Assembly: GCF_009936135.1 (NCBI RefSeq)
Contig: NZ_CP047901.1
Location: 408,984 to 472,983, forward strand
Origin: Candidatus Chazhemtobacterium aquaticus
GTDB taxonomy: Bacteria > Patescibacteriota > Microgenomatia > UBA1400 > Chazhemtobacteraceae
Reading direction: 5' to 3'
DNA length: 64,000 nucleotides
The position numbers and the translations under genes are program-made. The first letter of the stretch is position 1; each line of letters begins with the position of its first letter. Shown in pieces: positions 29,023-38,945 of this stretch. The notes beneath the pieces are model-generated. The model searched no databases. It saw only the letters and a list, made by a program, of their open reading frames with translations, and was not told where the DNA came from.

Positions 29023-30630
29023 TTAAAACTCATACTTACTAATTCTGACTCTAGCCAACCAATACGATACGCCCACCATCAGTGTCCCCATACCCACACC
29101 TGCCATTATTGTCAGATAATCAAGGTTACCGTTTTCTAGTGCCTTGTTGGCTGTAAAGACAGACCAGGCGATAATGATAAGAGAGACACCAAGAGCCATC
29201 AGTCCCGACATGCTCGTACTCACCTTATCTGGTTGATCCGCCAATTTAAACAATGGTGAAATCATTCCCCACAGGTTTAACAACAGCACTAAGCTAATTA
29301 CCAAAACTCCCGTAAAAGCAAACATCCACAACAGTCTTGTCATCTCAAACGGCATAATCAGCCACACCAAACTTGATATTAAAACCAGCGGCAAACCAAG
29401 TATCAAAGCCGCCTTCAGTTTGTCTCCAATAATATTCCCTCTTCCCATCCCTATACTCATCAGCCACCAACTCACCTTTCCTTCTCTGGCCATCAGTGGG
29501 AATACCACCCTTAAGCCAAAAGCCGTTACGAAAAAAAGCAACCATCCAAGAGCAGCCACCATAATCTCTACCTCAAACTTTCTTGACCAATAGCTACCCT
29601 TAGTTGCCTGGCCCAGTAACACAAAGAATGCTACCGCCATTCCCATCAACAACACTCCATAACCCCACTCAGTCGGAGTTCGCAACACTCCGATAATATC
29701 TTTCTTTACCAGACCACCACTCTTTAACAAATTAAAGCCATATCTTTTCTCTCTATCTTCTCTTTCTTGGCTTAACTGCCACAACCTTCTCATCGTCTCC
29801 TTCTCTATTAACCAAGCTATTATCATCATTAACATCGACACTGCCAACACCCACCAGTTTTGGGCAAAATCAAAGAGCATAGAAGCCATCCATGAACTTG
29901 GCCACCACTCAGACAGTAATGGTAGGGCAGTATAAATATTCATAAACTGCTCTATTTCACTTGAGTAAAGTGTTTTTAATTGCCCAGGAAAAATTACTTT
30001 CAATATTAACCAGGTACTTACTCCAAAAAAACCCAATACGCCAATCACACTCACACCACCCCGTATCCTTACCCACCATCTGCCTGTGGCATAAACCAAC
30101 CCGCTTCCGACAGCTGTCACCATCATTGCCATCACCAGTCCAACTAGTAACACTCTACCAACTAGGGTCGCATTTACTCCCCAATCAAAAGCCATAAAGT
30201 AAGCCAACATCAGTGGAAGCAAGCCGACTAGCACCAACACCCAGTTCATCAACACTGTTTTTACCATTCCCCAGAAAGCCAGCACTCCTTTTTTGATAGG
30301 TAAAACAAGCAAGTACTCCATCTCGGCATTTTTATTTGCCATCCTGGTCAAATTGCTTGTCACCGCACTACCAAGACCCAACCAAGCGATTACCAGCAGC
30401 CCTGCTTTAATTAAATAAAGGGCGGTTAGCTCTCCATAGTTTTCATACTGGGCCAGGTTGCTCATGTACCCCCATGACCACAGCCAGATAAATCCGGCTA
30501 CCAACACTGCCAATCCAGCAAACCCAACCAGTACCACTAGCTTAGTTAGCAGTTGTTCTCTAAACCAACCCTTAACCTGTTTTGCTTCGTTAAAAGCAAT
30601 TAGTTTAATCTGATTTAAAGCCTCACTCAT
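29023..30630 (-). CDS. Putative ABC exporter permease
   Basis: About 12-14 TM helices, YLLVLPI and REG..WW motifs; coupled to an ABC ATPase. Confidence 0.8.
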   Translation of the reverse strand: MSEALNQIKLIAFNEAKQVKGWFREQLLTKLVVLVGFAGLAVLVAGFIWLWSWGYMSNLAQYENYGELTALYLIKAGLLVIAWLGLGSAVTSNLTRMANKNAEMEYLLVLPIKKGVLAFWGMVKTVLMNWVLVLVGLLPLMLAYFMAFDWGVNATLVGRVLLVGLVMAMMVTAVGSGLVYATGRWWVRIRGGVSVIGVLGFFGVSTWLILKVIFPGQLKTLYSSEIEQFMNIYTALPLLSEWWPSSWMASMLFDFAQNWWVLAVSMLMMIIAWLIEKETMRRLWQLSQEREDREKRYGFNLLKSGGLVKKDIIGVLRTPTEWGYGVLLMGMAVAFFVLLGQATKGSYWSRKFEVEIMVAALGWLLFFVTAFGLRVVFPLMAREGKVSWWLMSIGMGRGNIIGDKLKAALILGLPLVLISSLVWLIMPFEMTRLLWMFAFTGVLVISLVLLLNLWGMISPLFKLADQPDKVSTSMSGLMALGVSLIIIAWSVFTANKALENGNLDYLTIMAGVGMGTLMVGVSYWLARVRISKYEF

Positions 30631-31337
30631 AGAGCTTTTTCGTAAACCTTTTCAATTTTGATTTTGTTACTCAGTTTTTCCTCTGCCACTATCTTTCCCT
30701 CACTCATCACTCCCACCCTGTTGGCATACTTGCTGGCAAAGTCGAGTGTGTGAGTGGCAAACAGCACCGCCCCACCATCCTTAGCAAACTTGACCAATCT
30801 CTCTCCAAACACCCTTATACTCACCGGATCAAGTCCCACAATCGGCTCATCGATTATTAATAGTTTAGGCTCGCCAAGCAGAGCTGCTAGAAAGGCAGTT
30901 TTCTGCAAGTTACCTCTTGAGTATCCATCCATTCTTCCTTCTAGAATTTTCTCAATATCAAACAATTTCATCAGTTGTTCTACTCTCACTCTTACTTCAG
31001 CTTCCCGCATTCCCTTAAGTCTTCCGGTCAAGTAAAGCAGCTCCTTGCCGCTCAAATATCCATAACCCTCCGGCTTATCTGGTACATAACCGATTAACCT
31101 TTTTGCCCCTATCGCCTCACCCTTGATTTGATTACCCAGTATCGATATCTCTCCCTTATCTATCCTAAGCAGTCCCACAATCATCTTCATCAAAGTCGTC
31201 TTACCTGATCCATTAGGTCCAATCAAAGCATAAATATCCCCGGCTCCAATCTTCATCTCTACTGCCCTTACAGCCGCGGTCCTGCCGTAGTTTTTTGATA
31301 CTCCCTTAATCTCTAAAATTATTTCTTTTTCTTTCAT
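30627..31337 (-). CDS. ABC transporter ATP-binding protein
   Basis: GPNGSGKTT, YSRGN signature, IIDEP and H-loop. Confidence 0.93.
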   Translation of the reverse strand: MKEKEIILEIKGVSKNYGRTAAVRAVEMKIGAGDIYALIGPNGSGKTTLMKMIVGLLRIDKGEISILGNQIKGEAIGAKRLIGYVPDKPEGYGYLSGKELLYLTGRLKGMREAEVRVRVEQLMKLFDIEKILEGRMDGYSRGNLQKTAFLAALLGEPKLLIIDEPIVGLDPVSIRVFGERLVKFAKDGGAVLFATHTLDFASKYANRVGVMSEGKIVAEEKLSNKIKIEKVYEKAL

Positions 31338-31367
31338 ACCTACCACTATATCAACAACCTCCAACCA

Positions 31368-31631
31368 TCATATCTTTCTGCTCCTAAGCAAAAACAAATA
31401 CCCCTTTTCCAGAGCCAGTAAGCCAGTCACGATCAGGATTAACTTGCTGTTAAGCTCGTGTATCATCCGCCAGTTCTGATATCCGGTTATCTCCAGCCAT
31501 TTCTTATCTCCCCCTATTGCCTCGCCAGAGATGTACTGCAGTCCTAGTATCAGTACCAACATCAACCAGTGGTTCTTAACCGACCACATCACCATTTTTG
31601 TTATCATTGCTTTAATCTTTTCCCTTTCCAT
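31368..31631 (-). CDS. Small 2-TM hypothetical protein
   Basis: First gene of the ABC operon; TAGGAT-6 nt-ATG. Confidence 0.6.
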   Translation of the reverse strand: MEREKIKAMITKMVMWSVKNHWLMLVLILGLQYISGEAIGGDKKWLEITGYQNWRMIHELNSKLILIVTGLLALEKGYLFLLRSRKI

Positions 31632-31685
31632 ATCTTTATCCTAACTTACTTGACACCCCTCTACAATCTGCTAACTTAGATATAT

Positions 31686-32288
31686 ATGATCCAAGTTCTT
31701 CCCACCCTAAAATATTCCTACTCTGATCTTGAGCCTTACATTGACGCCAGGACCATGGAGCTTCACTACACTAAGCATCATCAAGGGTACATCGACAAAC
31801 TAAATGCCGCTCTTGAGGGTACTAAGTACGCTGACCAACCCTTAGAGCAATTGTTCACCAAACTAGACTCATTGCCCGACTCACTTGCCTTAGCCGTTAG
31901 GAATCATGGTGGAGGGCATCTCAACCATTCTCTTTTTTGGTCAATTCTTACTCCCAACAAGCAGGAGCAATTACCCAACTTGCTTTCCTCAGCTATCAAC
32001 TCGACCTTTACCGACCTTGACACCTTCAAGCAACAATTCACCCAAGCCGCCGCATCTCACTTTGGTTCCGGCTGGGCCTGGCTTGTTAAGGACAACGATC
32101 GTCTAAAAGTTATTACCACTCCCAATCAAGACTCTCCCCTCATTCAAGGACTGACCCCGATCTTAGGTCTAGACCTCTGGGAACATGCCTACTATCTTAA
32201 ATACCAGAATCGTCGGGTTGAGTACATCGATGCTTTTTGGAATATTGTTGACTGGTCTCAAGTTGAGCAGAATTTAAATAATGCTTAA
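31686..32288 (+). CDS. sodA: Fe/Mn superoxide dismutase (Mn-type signature)
   Basis: HYTKHHQGY, NHGGGHLNH, FGSGWAWL, NQD and DLWEHAYY; promoter TTGACA-16-TAACTT. Confidence 0.95.
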   Translation: MIQVLPTLKYSYSDLEPYIDARTMELHYTKHHQGYIDKLNAALEGTKYADQPLEQLFTKLDSLPDSLALAVRNHGGGHLNHSLFWSILTPNKQEQLPNLLSSAINSTFTDLDTFKQQFTQAAASHFGSGWAWLVKDNDRLKVITTPNQDSPLIQGLTPILGLDLWEHAYYLKYQNRRVEYIDAFWNIVDWSQVEQNLNNA

Positions 32289-32682
32289 AAAAGCAATATC
32301 TCCAGTTATTGCCTCACTACTTTTATCCGCTTGTTCATTAAATCCCATCTCAGAGCTTACCCCCACCCCTACCAGCACCATCTCTCCCTCGCTAGATCAG
32401 GAAGCCACTCCCTTTAAAGAGCCAGAAAACTCCACTCAAGCCTACACCATGGAAGAAGTTGTCACTCATGACTCCGCCGACAGTTGTTGGTTAGTTATTC
32501 AAGGACAAGTCTATGACGTCACTTCTTTTGTCTCCAATCACCCCGGCGGGGAAGCCATCCTCGAGGGTTGTGGTCAGGATGCCACTGTATTGTTTAATAC
32601 TCGCCCTATGGGTTCAGGCACTCCTCACTCAGATGGTGCCCGGATCACTCTTGAAACCTACCTTATCGGCACGCTTGAATAA
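32281..32682 (+). CDS. Cytochrome b5-like heme-binding lipoprotein
   Basis: Lipobox LSAC; CWLVIQGQVYDVT, HPGG, GQDAT and PHS motifs. Confidence 0.9.
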   Translation: MLKKAISPVIASLLLSACSLNPISELTPTPTSTISPSLDQEATPFKEPENSTQAYTMEEVVTHDSADSCWLVIQGQVYDVTSFVSNHPGGEAILEGCGQDATVLFNTRPMGSGTPHSDGARITLETYLIGTLE

Positions 32683-32757
32683 CAGGTCATAAACCCAATT
32701 TCACATCAACCGGACCGGTTCTTCCAAAAACCAAGCCTCTGGGGGTATACTCAACCC

Positions 32758-33984
32758 ATGGCCAGCAAAAACAAACCCACCGTCGTCGTCATCATCCCCA
32801 CCTACAATGAAGCCGACACCATCGGCGACATGATCACCCATCTTTTCACCAAGACCTTCCCTACCATCAAGGACTACCAGATGCACCTGCTTGTCGTTGA
32901 TGACACCTCTCCTGATGGCACCTACAAGATTGTTAAGAGTCATCAAAAGAAATACCAAAATCTTCACCTGCTGACCAATCCCAAAAAAGCCGGCATCGGT
33001 TATGCCTACATCGTTGGTTTCAAGCACGCCATGACCAAACTCAAGGCCGACTTTGTTTTTGAGTTTGATGGCGACTTCCAGCACCCACCCAAGATGATCC
33101 CCCAGATGCTTGAGCAAGCCACTCAGGGTTTCGACGTTGTCATTGGTAGTCGCAAAATCAAAGGCGGCAGCAACCCCAAAGGTTGGGGTTTCAAACGCGT
33201 CATGTTTTCAGAGCTTGGTGGTTTAGTCGCCCGCTTCATTCTCTTCTTCCCGGGTAAAAATTTCTTAAAAGTTACCGATCCCACCACTGGGCTTAGGTTG
33301 ACCCGAGTCAAAGGTTTTCTTGATCAGGTTGATTTTGATCACTTCTACAGCCTTGAGTTTTCCTACAAACTCCAACTTCTCTACCAGCTAATCAGCCTTA
33401 ACCCTAAGTTTAAAGAGTTACCTCTTCAGTTTGGACTGCGTGAAAAAGGGGAGAGCAAGATCAAAGGTAGCACTTTAGTAGATAGCTTAAGAACTGCTCT
33501 TCTTACCCGTATCAACGATCCTGCTACCAAAAAATTCTTGAAATTTGCCGTTGTCGGTTTCACCGGCTTTGTCGTCAACTCTTTAGGGTTAGAGTTTTTT
33601 AGAAGAAGCGGTCTGGCTGACTCTCTCTCTGCCTCCTTTACTGCTTATACTTCTACCCCAGGATTAAGTTTGCTTGCCAATCCCAACTCCTGGTCAGGTG
33701 GCTTGGGTGCTGAGCTTGCCATCATCAGCAACTTTATATTAAACAACTTCTGGACTTTCTCCTCAGACCGCATCACCAATCCCTTCAAGTTTCTCTACAA
33801 GTTTCTCCAGTTTAATCTGACCTCCTTTGGTGCCGTCATCATCCAGTTTATAGCCATCGGCCTGGCCACTCTCGCCTTTGGTGACACCACCCTGGTTCGC
33901 CAGCTTGCTTTAGTCCTCTCCATCGGCTTTTTAATCCTTCCTTACAACTGGCTCATGTACAATTTAGTCATCTGGAGGAAATAA
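32758..33984 (+). CDS. Polyprenol-phosphate-mannose synthase-like GT2 fused to a GtrA domain
   Basis: IIPTYNE, VDDTSPDGT, DGDFQH, DPTTG; C-terminal KFAVVG..NFILNNFWTF. Confidence 0.9.
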   Translation: MASKNKPTVVVIIPTYNEADTIGDMITHLFTKTFPTIKDYQMHLLVVDDTSPDGTYKIVKSHQKKYQNLHLLTNPKKAGIGYAYIVGFKHAMTKLKADFVFEFDGDFQHPPKMIPQMLEQATQGFDVVIGSRKIKGGSNPKGWGFKRVMFSELGGLVARFILFFPGKNFLKVTDPTTGLRLTRVKGFLDQVDFDHFYSLEFSYKLQLLYQLISLNPKFKELPLQFGLREKGESKIKGSTLVDSLRTALLTRINDPATKKFLKFAVVGFTGFVVNSLGLEFFRRSGLADSLSASFTAYTSTPGLSLLANPNSWSGGLGAELAIISNFILNNFWTFSSDRITNPFKFLYKFLQFNLTSFGAVIIQFIAIGLATLAFGDTTLVRQLALVLSIGFLILPYNWLMYNLVIWRK

Positions 33985-34241
33985 TGGCTACTAAAGCAAA
34001 AACCACCACCACCGAGGAGTTTAAAGTTTCTGGCGATCAGCTGCTTAAAAAAGTCAAAGACCTGATCCATCAAGGTAATATTCGCCGTATCACCATTAAG
34101 GATCAGCAGGGCAAAACCATCCTCATCATCCCTCTAAGCATCGGTGTTATCGGCGCAGTCCTTGCTCCCCCTCTGGCTGCCATTGGTGCCGTTGCCGCCC
34201 TCATAACCGAGTGCACCATTACCGTCGAGCGGGAAAAATAG
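33984..34241 (+). CDS. DUF4342-like small protein
   Basis: KVKDLIHQGNIRRITIK..IPL..G..APPLAAIG..CTITVER. Confidence 0.8.
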   Translation: MATKAKTTTTEEFKVSGDQLLKKVKDLIHQGNIRRITIKDQQGKTILIIPLSIGVIGAVLAPPLAAIGAVAALITECTITVEREK

Positions 34242-34247
34242 CTTTTC

Positions 34248-34952
34248 ATGATTCGCTTAAATAAATATCTCTCCCAGCAAGGGCTTGCCTCCCGTCGCCA
34301 AGCCGATACCCTTATCTCCCAAGGCAAAGTTCTGGTCAATGACCAGCCTGCCAAACTAGGTACCACCGTTGATCCCGACAAAGACACGGTTAAATTCTTA
34401 GGCAAAGTCGTTGTCTCAAACAAACCGGAACTCGAGACCTATCTTGTCTACAAGCCTCTAGGTTACGTCTCTACCACCAGCGATCCCCAAGGCCGACCCA
34501 CCGTCACCTCTTTAGTCAAAAGCTCTACTCGCCTTTATCCCATCGGTCGTCTCGATCAGGACTCAGAAGGTTTGATTCTACTCACCAATGATGGCGATCT
34601 TGGCTTTAAACTTACTCATCCCAAGCACCAAATCCCCAAAACATATCATGCCCTAGTTACCGGCAACGTTACCCCCACCAAATTAAACCGCCTTCGCCGT
34701 GGCGTCATGCTTAAAGATGGCCGCACTGCTCCTGCCCAGATCGAGGTCATCAGGCCTCAAGGCAACAAAAGCTTGCTCTCCATCACCATCTTCGAGGGCA
34801 GAAATCGGCAGATTCGTCGCATGTTCTCTACTCAGAAGCTAGAAGTTGAGAAATTAAAACGAGTTGCCATTGGTGAACTTGAGCTTGGTGACCTCAAGCC
34901 GGGAGATTCAAAAAAGCTTGACACCAAAGACTTGTCTAGTTTGCTACACTAG
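34248..34952 (+). CDS. S4-domain rRNA pseudouridine synthase (RluB/RsuA family)
   Basis: RLNKYLS..SRRQAD, GRLDQDSEGL and EGRNRQIRRM. Confidence 0.93.
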   Translation: MIRLNKYLSQQGLASRRQADTLISQGKVLVNDQPAKLGTTVDPDKDTVKFLGKVVVSNKPELETYLVYKPLGYVSTTSDPQGRPTVTSLVKSSTRLYPIGRLDQDSEGLILLTNDGDLGFKLTHPKHQIPKTYHALVTGNVTPTKLNRLRRGVMLKDGRTAPAQIEVIRPQGNKSLLSITIFEGRNRQIRRMFSTQKLEVEKLKRVAIGELELGDLKPGDSKKLDTKDLSSLLH

Positions 34953-34981
34953 ATCAAGAACACCAATTAGCTGCTCTGTTA

Positions 34982-35659
34982 ATGAATACACTCTTTGTTT
35001 CTTTGTTACTCTCCTTTCTTGTGTTTACCTCTCCCTCCGTTATTTTTGCTGCAAGTGATAACGCTCAACAGCAAGGTAATACCAACACCATTCAGGTTCA
35101 AAACCAAGGCGAAGATCAGCAACTTGAGGTGGCCAACCAACAACAACAGCAGGAGCCTAACGATGCCACCACCGGTGGGCGCAAATCAGATGTTAGTATT
35201 GCCAACCGAGGAGCCACCGCCAGCGAGCATTTAAGTATTGTCGCCCAGCAAGTCGACAACCTTCTATCTTTTCCTGACCGTCGTGGCGGTATTGGTGATC
35301 AAGTCAGAGTCATTGCCCAGGAACAAGAGCAGATTCAAGAGCGGGTTCGCGAAAGCCTAGAACAACTCGAAAATCGCCCCCGGTTTATGGTCAAGCTATT
35401 CGGTCCCAACTACAAGGCTATCAATCGGCTTCAAGCCACCATTGAACAAAATGAGCAGTTGGTCGAAGAGCTCCTCATTCTTCAGGAAAACGCTCTTTAC
35501 CCAGCTGAAAAAGAGGACTTGAGCTCAGCCATCACCGCTCTTGAGCAACAAAATACCCTTCTTTTCCAGCAGATCCAGCTTTCCTCTGGTGACAACGGTT
35601 TCCTTGGTTGGGTTTTCCGCTTCTTCTCTCAATCTGCTCCTACTTACAGCAGCATTTAA
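34982..35659 (+). CDS. Secreted Q-rich coiled-coil hypothetical protein
   Basis: Signal peptide; GIGDQVRVIAQEQ and LFGPNYK. Confidence 0.7.
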   Translation: MNTLFVSLLLSFLVFTSPSVIFAASDNAQQQGNTNTIQVQNQGEDQQLEVANQQQQQEPNDATTGGRKSDVSIANRGATASEHLSIVAQQVDNLLSFPDRRGGIGDQVRVIAQEQEQIQERVRESLEQLENRPRFMVKLFGPNYKAINRLQATIEQNEQLVEELLILQENALYPAEKEDLSSAITALEQQNTLLFQQIQLSSGDNGFLGWVFRFFSQSAPTYSSI

Positions 35660-35677
35660 CATTTATATCCTCACCTC

Positions 35678-36145
35678 GTGAACAAACCTCTTCGCTTAAT
35701 TATTTCCCTTGGTACACCCTTGTTAGTCGGTTTTGTTGGTAGCTACTTCACAACTCCCAATATCCCCACCTGGTACGCAACCTTGACCAAACCAGCCCTT
35801 AATCCGCCCAGTTGGGTCTTTGCTCCTGTCTGGACCGCTCTCTATCTACTCATGGGCTATGCCTTCTACCTCATCTGGACTCAAAAAACCAAGCTTAACA
35901 AAACCCATGCATACGTTCTTTTCTTCATCCAACTTTTCCTAAATTTAATCTGGTCCTATCTCTTCTTTGCTCTTCGTCTTCCCCCTCTGGCTTTAGTTGA
36001 GATCATCATTCTTTGGTTAGCCATTTTACTAACCATCATTAAGTTTAAAGCCATCAACAAGCTAGCCGCCTACCTTCTCATCCCCTATATCCTCTGGGTT
36101 AGCTTCGCCACCTATCTTACCTTTCAGGTTGTTTTGCTTAATTAA
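35678..36145 (+). CDS. tspO: TspO/MBR family protein
   Basis: WYATLTKP..NPPSWVFAPVWT.LY, QL.LN..WS.LFF and PYILWVSFA. Confidence 0.93.
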   Translation: MNKPLRLIISLGTPLLVGFVGSYFTTPNIPTWYATLTKPALNPPSWVFAPVWTALYLLMGYAFYLIWTQKTKLNKTHAYVLFFIQLFLNLIWSYLFFALRLPPLALVEIIILWLAILLTIIKFKAINKLAAYLLIPYILWVSFATYLTFQVVLLN

Positions 36146-36198
36146 ATCGAGACTATTGTTACCTCGACGCGTTTGCACTGATCACACAATCGAAGTTT

Positions 36199-37020
36199 AT
36201 GATGATAAATATTGAGCCAATTCGCTCGCTTTCCATCCTATATTCCGCACTAAATTACAACGGATATGACAAAGAAAACAACCCAAAGGGTATGCACCCA
36301 CTTCGTGTCTGGGTTAGAAAAGAATTAAGTTTGAAAAAAACAGACAGGTTTAATTTTGAGTGACATCCATATCAGTACACTAAAGCAGTCTTAACAACCG
36401 ATAACCTAGTTCCTACTCAGTCAACTAACAAAAATTTTCTGCCAGCAATTGACTATCTAAACAAGTTCGCTCAAGAATCTGGCTTTGACGAAATCTGGCC
36501 ACGAGTTGAAAGTGAGACCAATGAAGTGCTGGATCAATACAGGCCATTAATAAAGGAAACCATCAAAAAAGTTGATGATTGTTTTGATATGGACAAAGAA
36601 GCCAAAACAATGTGGTTTTCTGTGAATTTACTCGAGTCATTTTTAAGAGGTTTCTCTATTCAAACCAAAGACAAGACTGTTATTATTACTGGACCATCAG
36701 ACAAACCCAATATCAGCAACTTAATCCACGAATACATTCATACATATCTTCACAACCAAAGTTTTAATAATCAGATTGACGACCAAATCTACAGCCAGAT
36801 TCCCAAAGATGTGCAAAATAACTACCCCAGGGAAATCATTACAGAAGAATGCTTAGTTCGAGCCATTGAGGTCTTCCTAAGCAAACACGGCAACATATCA
36901 GGACAAATCGAATTAGATAATCAGGCCAAATCTCTATTATTCCTCGAAATATACTTAAATAAACTAGAAGATATTAAACCTAAAAAAATCTCAATCAATG
37001 TATTGCAACAAGTCTTGTAA
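36199..37020 (+). pseudogene. HExxH (DUF4932-like) protein interrupted by one in-frame TGA
   Basis: Frame from ATG 36199 is open except TGA 36361-36363 (FNFE*HPYQY); LIHEYIH and EECLVRA downstream. Confidence 0.7.
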
Positions 37021-37034
37021 CCCACTTTATATCA

Positions 37035-38186
37035 CTAAAGATACTGCCCCCAGTTATCTATCGCCATTGTGTTGTTAAGCATAAAGTTCCAGCTGTATAG
37101 CAGTATCGGAATTACCAGTAGTAGCAGTATTACCTTAAACTCTTTTTTCCGCATCTCCTCCTCCCAGCCAATCAAAACTAGAGGAAAGATGGGCAGAATA
37201 TACCGGGCAATATCCCGGTGAGCCACCAACAAGGTTGAGACAAAAAAGACGCCACTAAAAACAGCCAGTTCTTTCAAGTTTTTCTTCCACAGCTTCATTA
37301 CTCCCAGTCCATAGATTAGCCAGATAAAGATGATTTCCTCCAGCCAGAACTCACCCGTCCACACCTGTCCCTTGGGGGCAAAGATGCTAAATGGAGGCAG
37401 GAACAAATGGAAATTATCACCGCTATTAAAGTAAGCCCAGAAGTCACCGGTTTGTAGATAGTAAAAGTAAAACAGTCCCAGCGCTGCTAGAGGCATTAGC
37501 AGTAGGGGATAGGCACTCAAAATTTTCCTCATCTCCACCTTTTTTCTTGTCCACATCTCAATTAGGAAATACAAACCATAACCTACAAACAGCAATATCC
37601 CTGGCGACTTAGTCAACTGAGCCAAGGCTCCAAACAAACCTGCCAACCAATACTTCTTCTCCCTAAAGTAAACCAAAGACATTAGGATAAAAGCGATAAA
37701 CCAGGGTTCAGGACTACCCACCGCTTTCACCACTACCCATCTGGCCGGCAGTAGCAAGAACACTACACCCAACCAACCCATGTTTTTAATCCCTACCGAC
37801 TTCATTAACTTAAAGAAAGCCAGAGTAGCCAGAACACTTCCAAGCAAGGTTGCCACCAGCATTGCCCAGGTTCCTGGCATTACCAAATCAAACACCGACA
37901 CGATGGCAGGATACAGCGGCAAGTGAGCTGGATAATACTCAAGCGGTAAAGGATTGGAAAAATTATTTCTAATATACTCCCCGTCATACCAACTCCTGGC
38001 AATAATTAGGTAGTTAGTTCCGTCAAAATTGGCAAACACCGTCTCCATACCAGAAGAAAAATCAAAACCCCAACCAGGCAAACTCTCAATCCTTAACCAA
38101 AATGGCAACCACAACAGCAAAGTTGATACGATGGTAAGTACTACCACCATCCATCTGCTCGAGTATCCTTTAACTATTGACCTCAT
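37035..38186 (-). CDS. GT-C mannosyltransferase-like membrane protein (PIG-V/Mannosyl_trans2-like)
   Basis: FDGTNYLIIA..Y, PLYP, SPEPWF and TKSPG; multi-TM. Start moved to MRSIVK. Confidence 0.75.
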   Translation of the reverse strand: MRSIVKGYSSRWMVVVLTIVSTLLLWLPFWLRIESLPGWGFDFSSGMETVFANFDGTNYLIIARSWYDGEYIRNNFSNPLPLEYYPAHLPLYPAIVSVFDLVMPGTWAMLVATLLGSVLATLAFFKLMKSVGIKNMGWLGVVFLLLPARWVVVKAVGSPEPWFIAFILMSLVYFREKKYWLAGLFGALAQLTKSPGILLFVGYGLYFLIEMWTRKKVEMRKILSAYPLLLMPLAALGLFYFYYLQTGDFWAYFNSGDNFHLFLPPFSIFAPKGQVWTGEFWLEEIIFIWLIYGLGVMKLWKKNLKELAVFSGVFFVSTLLVAHRDIARYILPIFPLVLIGWEEEMRKKEFKVILLLLVIPILLYSWNFMLNNTMAIDNWGQYL

Positions 38187-38224
38187 TATTTCTAATCTTA
38201 CCTCATTTGCTATACTAACAACCA

Positions 38225-38935
38225 ATGCCAGCTGTAAACAAAGTTCCCGAGCTATCTCTCTTTCTTCCTGCATATAACGAGGCCGATAACATCAAGAAAA
38301 CCGTTCTTGATGCCGACAAGGTTCTAAAAAAAGTTGCCCGCAAATACGAGATCCTCGTTATAGACGACGGCTCCAAAGACAACACCGGTGCCATTGTTAA
38401 ATCCTTAATCAAGAAGAATAAAAACGTTCGTCTCATTACCCACAAACCTAACCGAGGCTATGGCGGTGCTTTTAAATCAGGTCTTTACGGCGCCCGCTAC
38501 CAGTTAGTTTCCTTCATAGACTCCGATGGTCAGTTTGACTACTCGGAAGTAACCAAGTTTATACCCCTCCTTAAGGACAACGACCTAGTCATTGGTTACC
38601 GTATCAAACGCCAGGATAACTTCTTTAGAGTTCTTAACGCCAATCTCTGGAAGCTTTGGATGTGGTTGCTCTTTGGTCTCTGGGTCAAGGACATTGACTG
38701 CGCCTTCAAGGTCATCAAGAAGCCGGTCATCGACAGTATTACCTTAACCACTGAGTCAGCCCTCACCTCAGCCGAGTTTCTCATTCGGGTTCGCCAAGCT
38801 GGTTACAAGTTAGCCGAGGTTGGTGTCCACCACTATCCCCGTACCGCTGGTGAGCAAACCGGCGCCAACCCCAAAGTCATTCTCAAAGCCTTTGCTCAGT
38901 CTCTGCGCCTCTGGTACCACATGAACTTAAGCTAG
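38225..38935 (+). CDS. GT2, DPM1/DPG-synthase-like
   Basis: PAYNE, IDDGSKD, NRGYG, DSDGQ and DIDCAFK. Confidence 0.92.
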   Translation: MPAVNKVPELSLFLPAYNEADNIKKTVLDADKVLKKVARKYEILVIDDGSKDNTGAIVKSLIKKNKNVRLITHKPNRGYGGAFKSGLYGARYQLVSFIDSDGQFDYSEVTKFIPLLKDNDLVIGYRIKRQDNFFRVLNANLWKLWMWLLFGLWVKDIDCAFKVIKKPVIDSITLTTESALTSAEFLIRVRQAGYKLAEVGVHHYPRTAGEQTGANPKVILKAFAQSLRLWYHMNLS

Positions 38936-38945
38936 TTTATACGAC

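Noticed and set aside
36361-36363. Genome-wide UGA recoding or selenocysteine
   Set aside because: TGA terminates conserved genes here (tsaE, galE, dsbB) and no SECIS-like hairpin follows.
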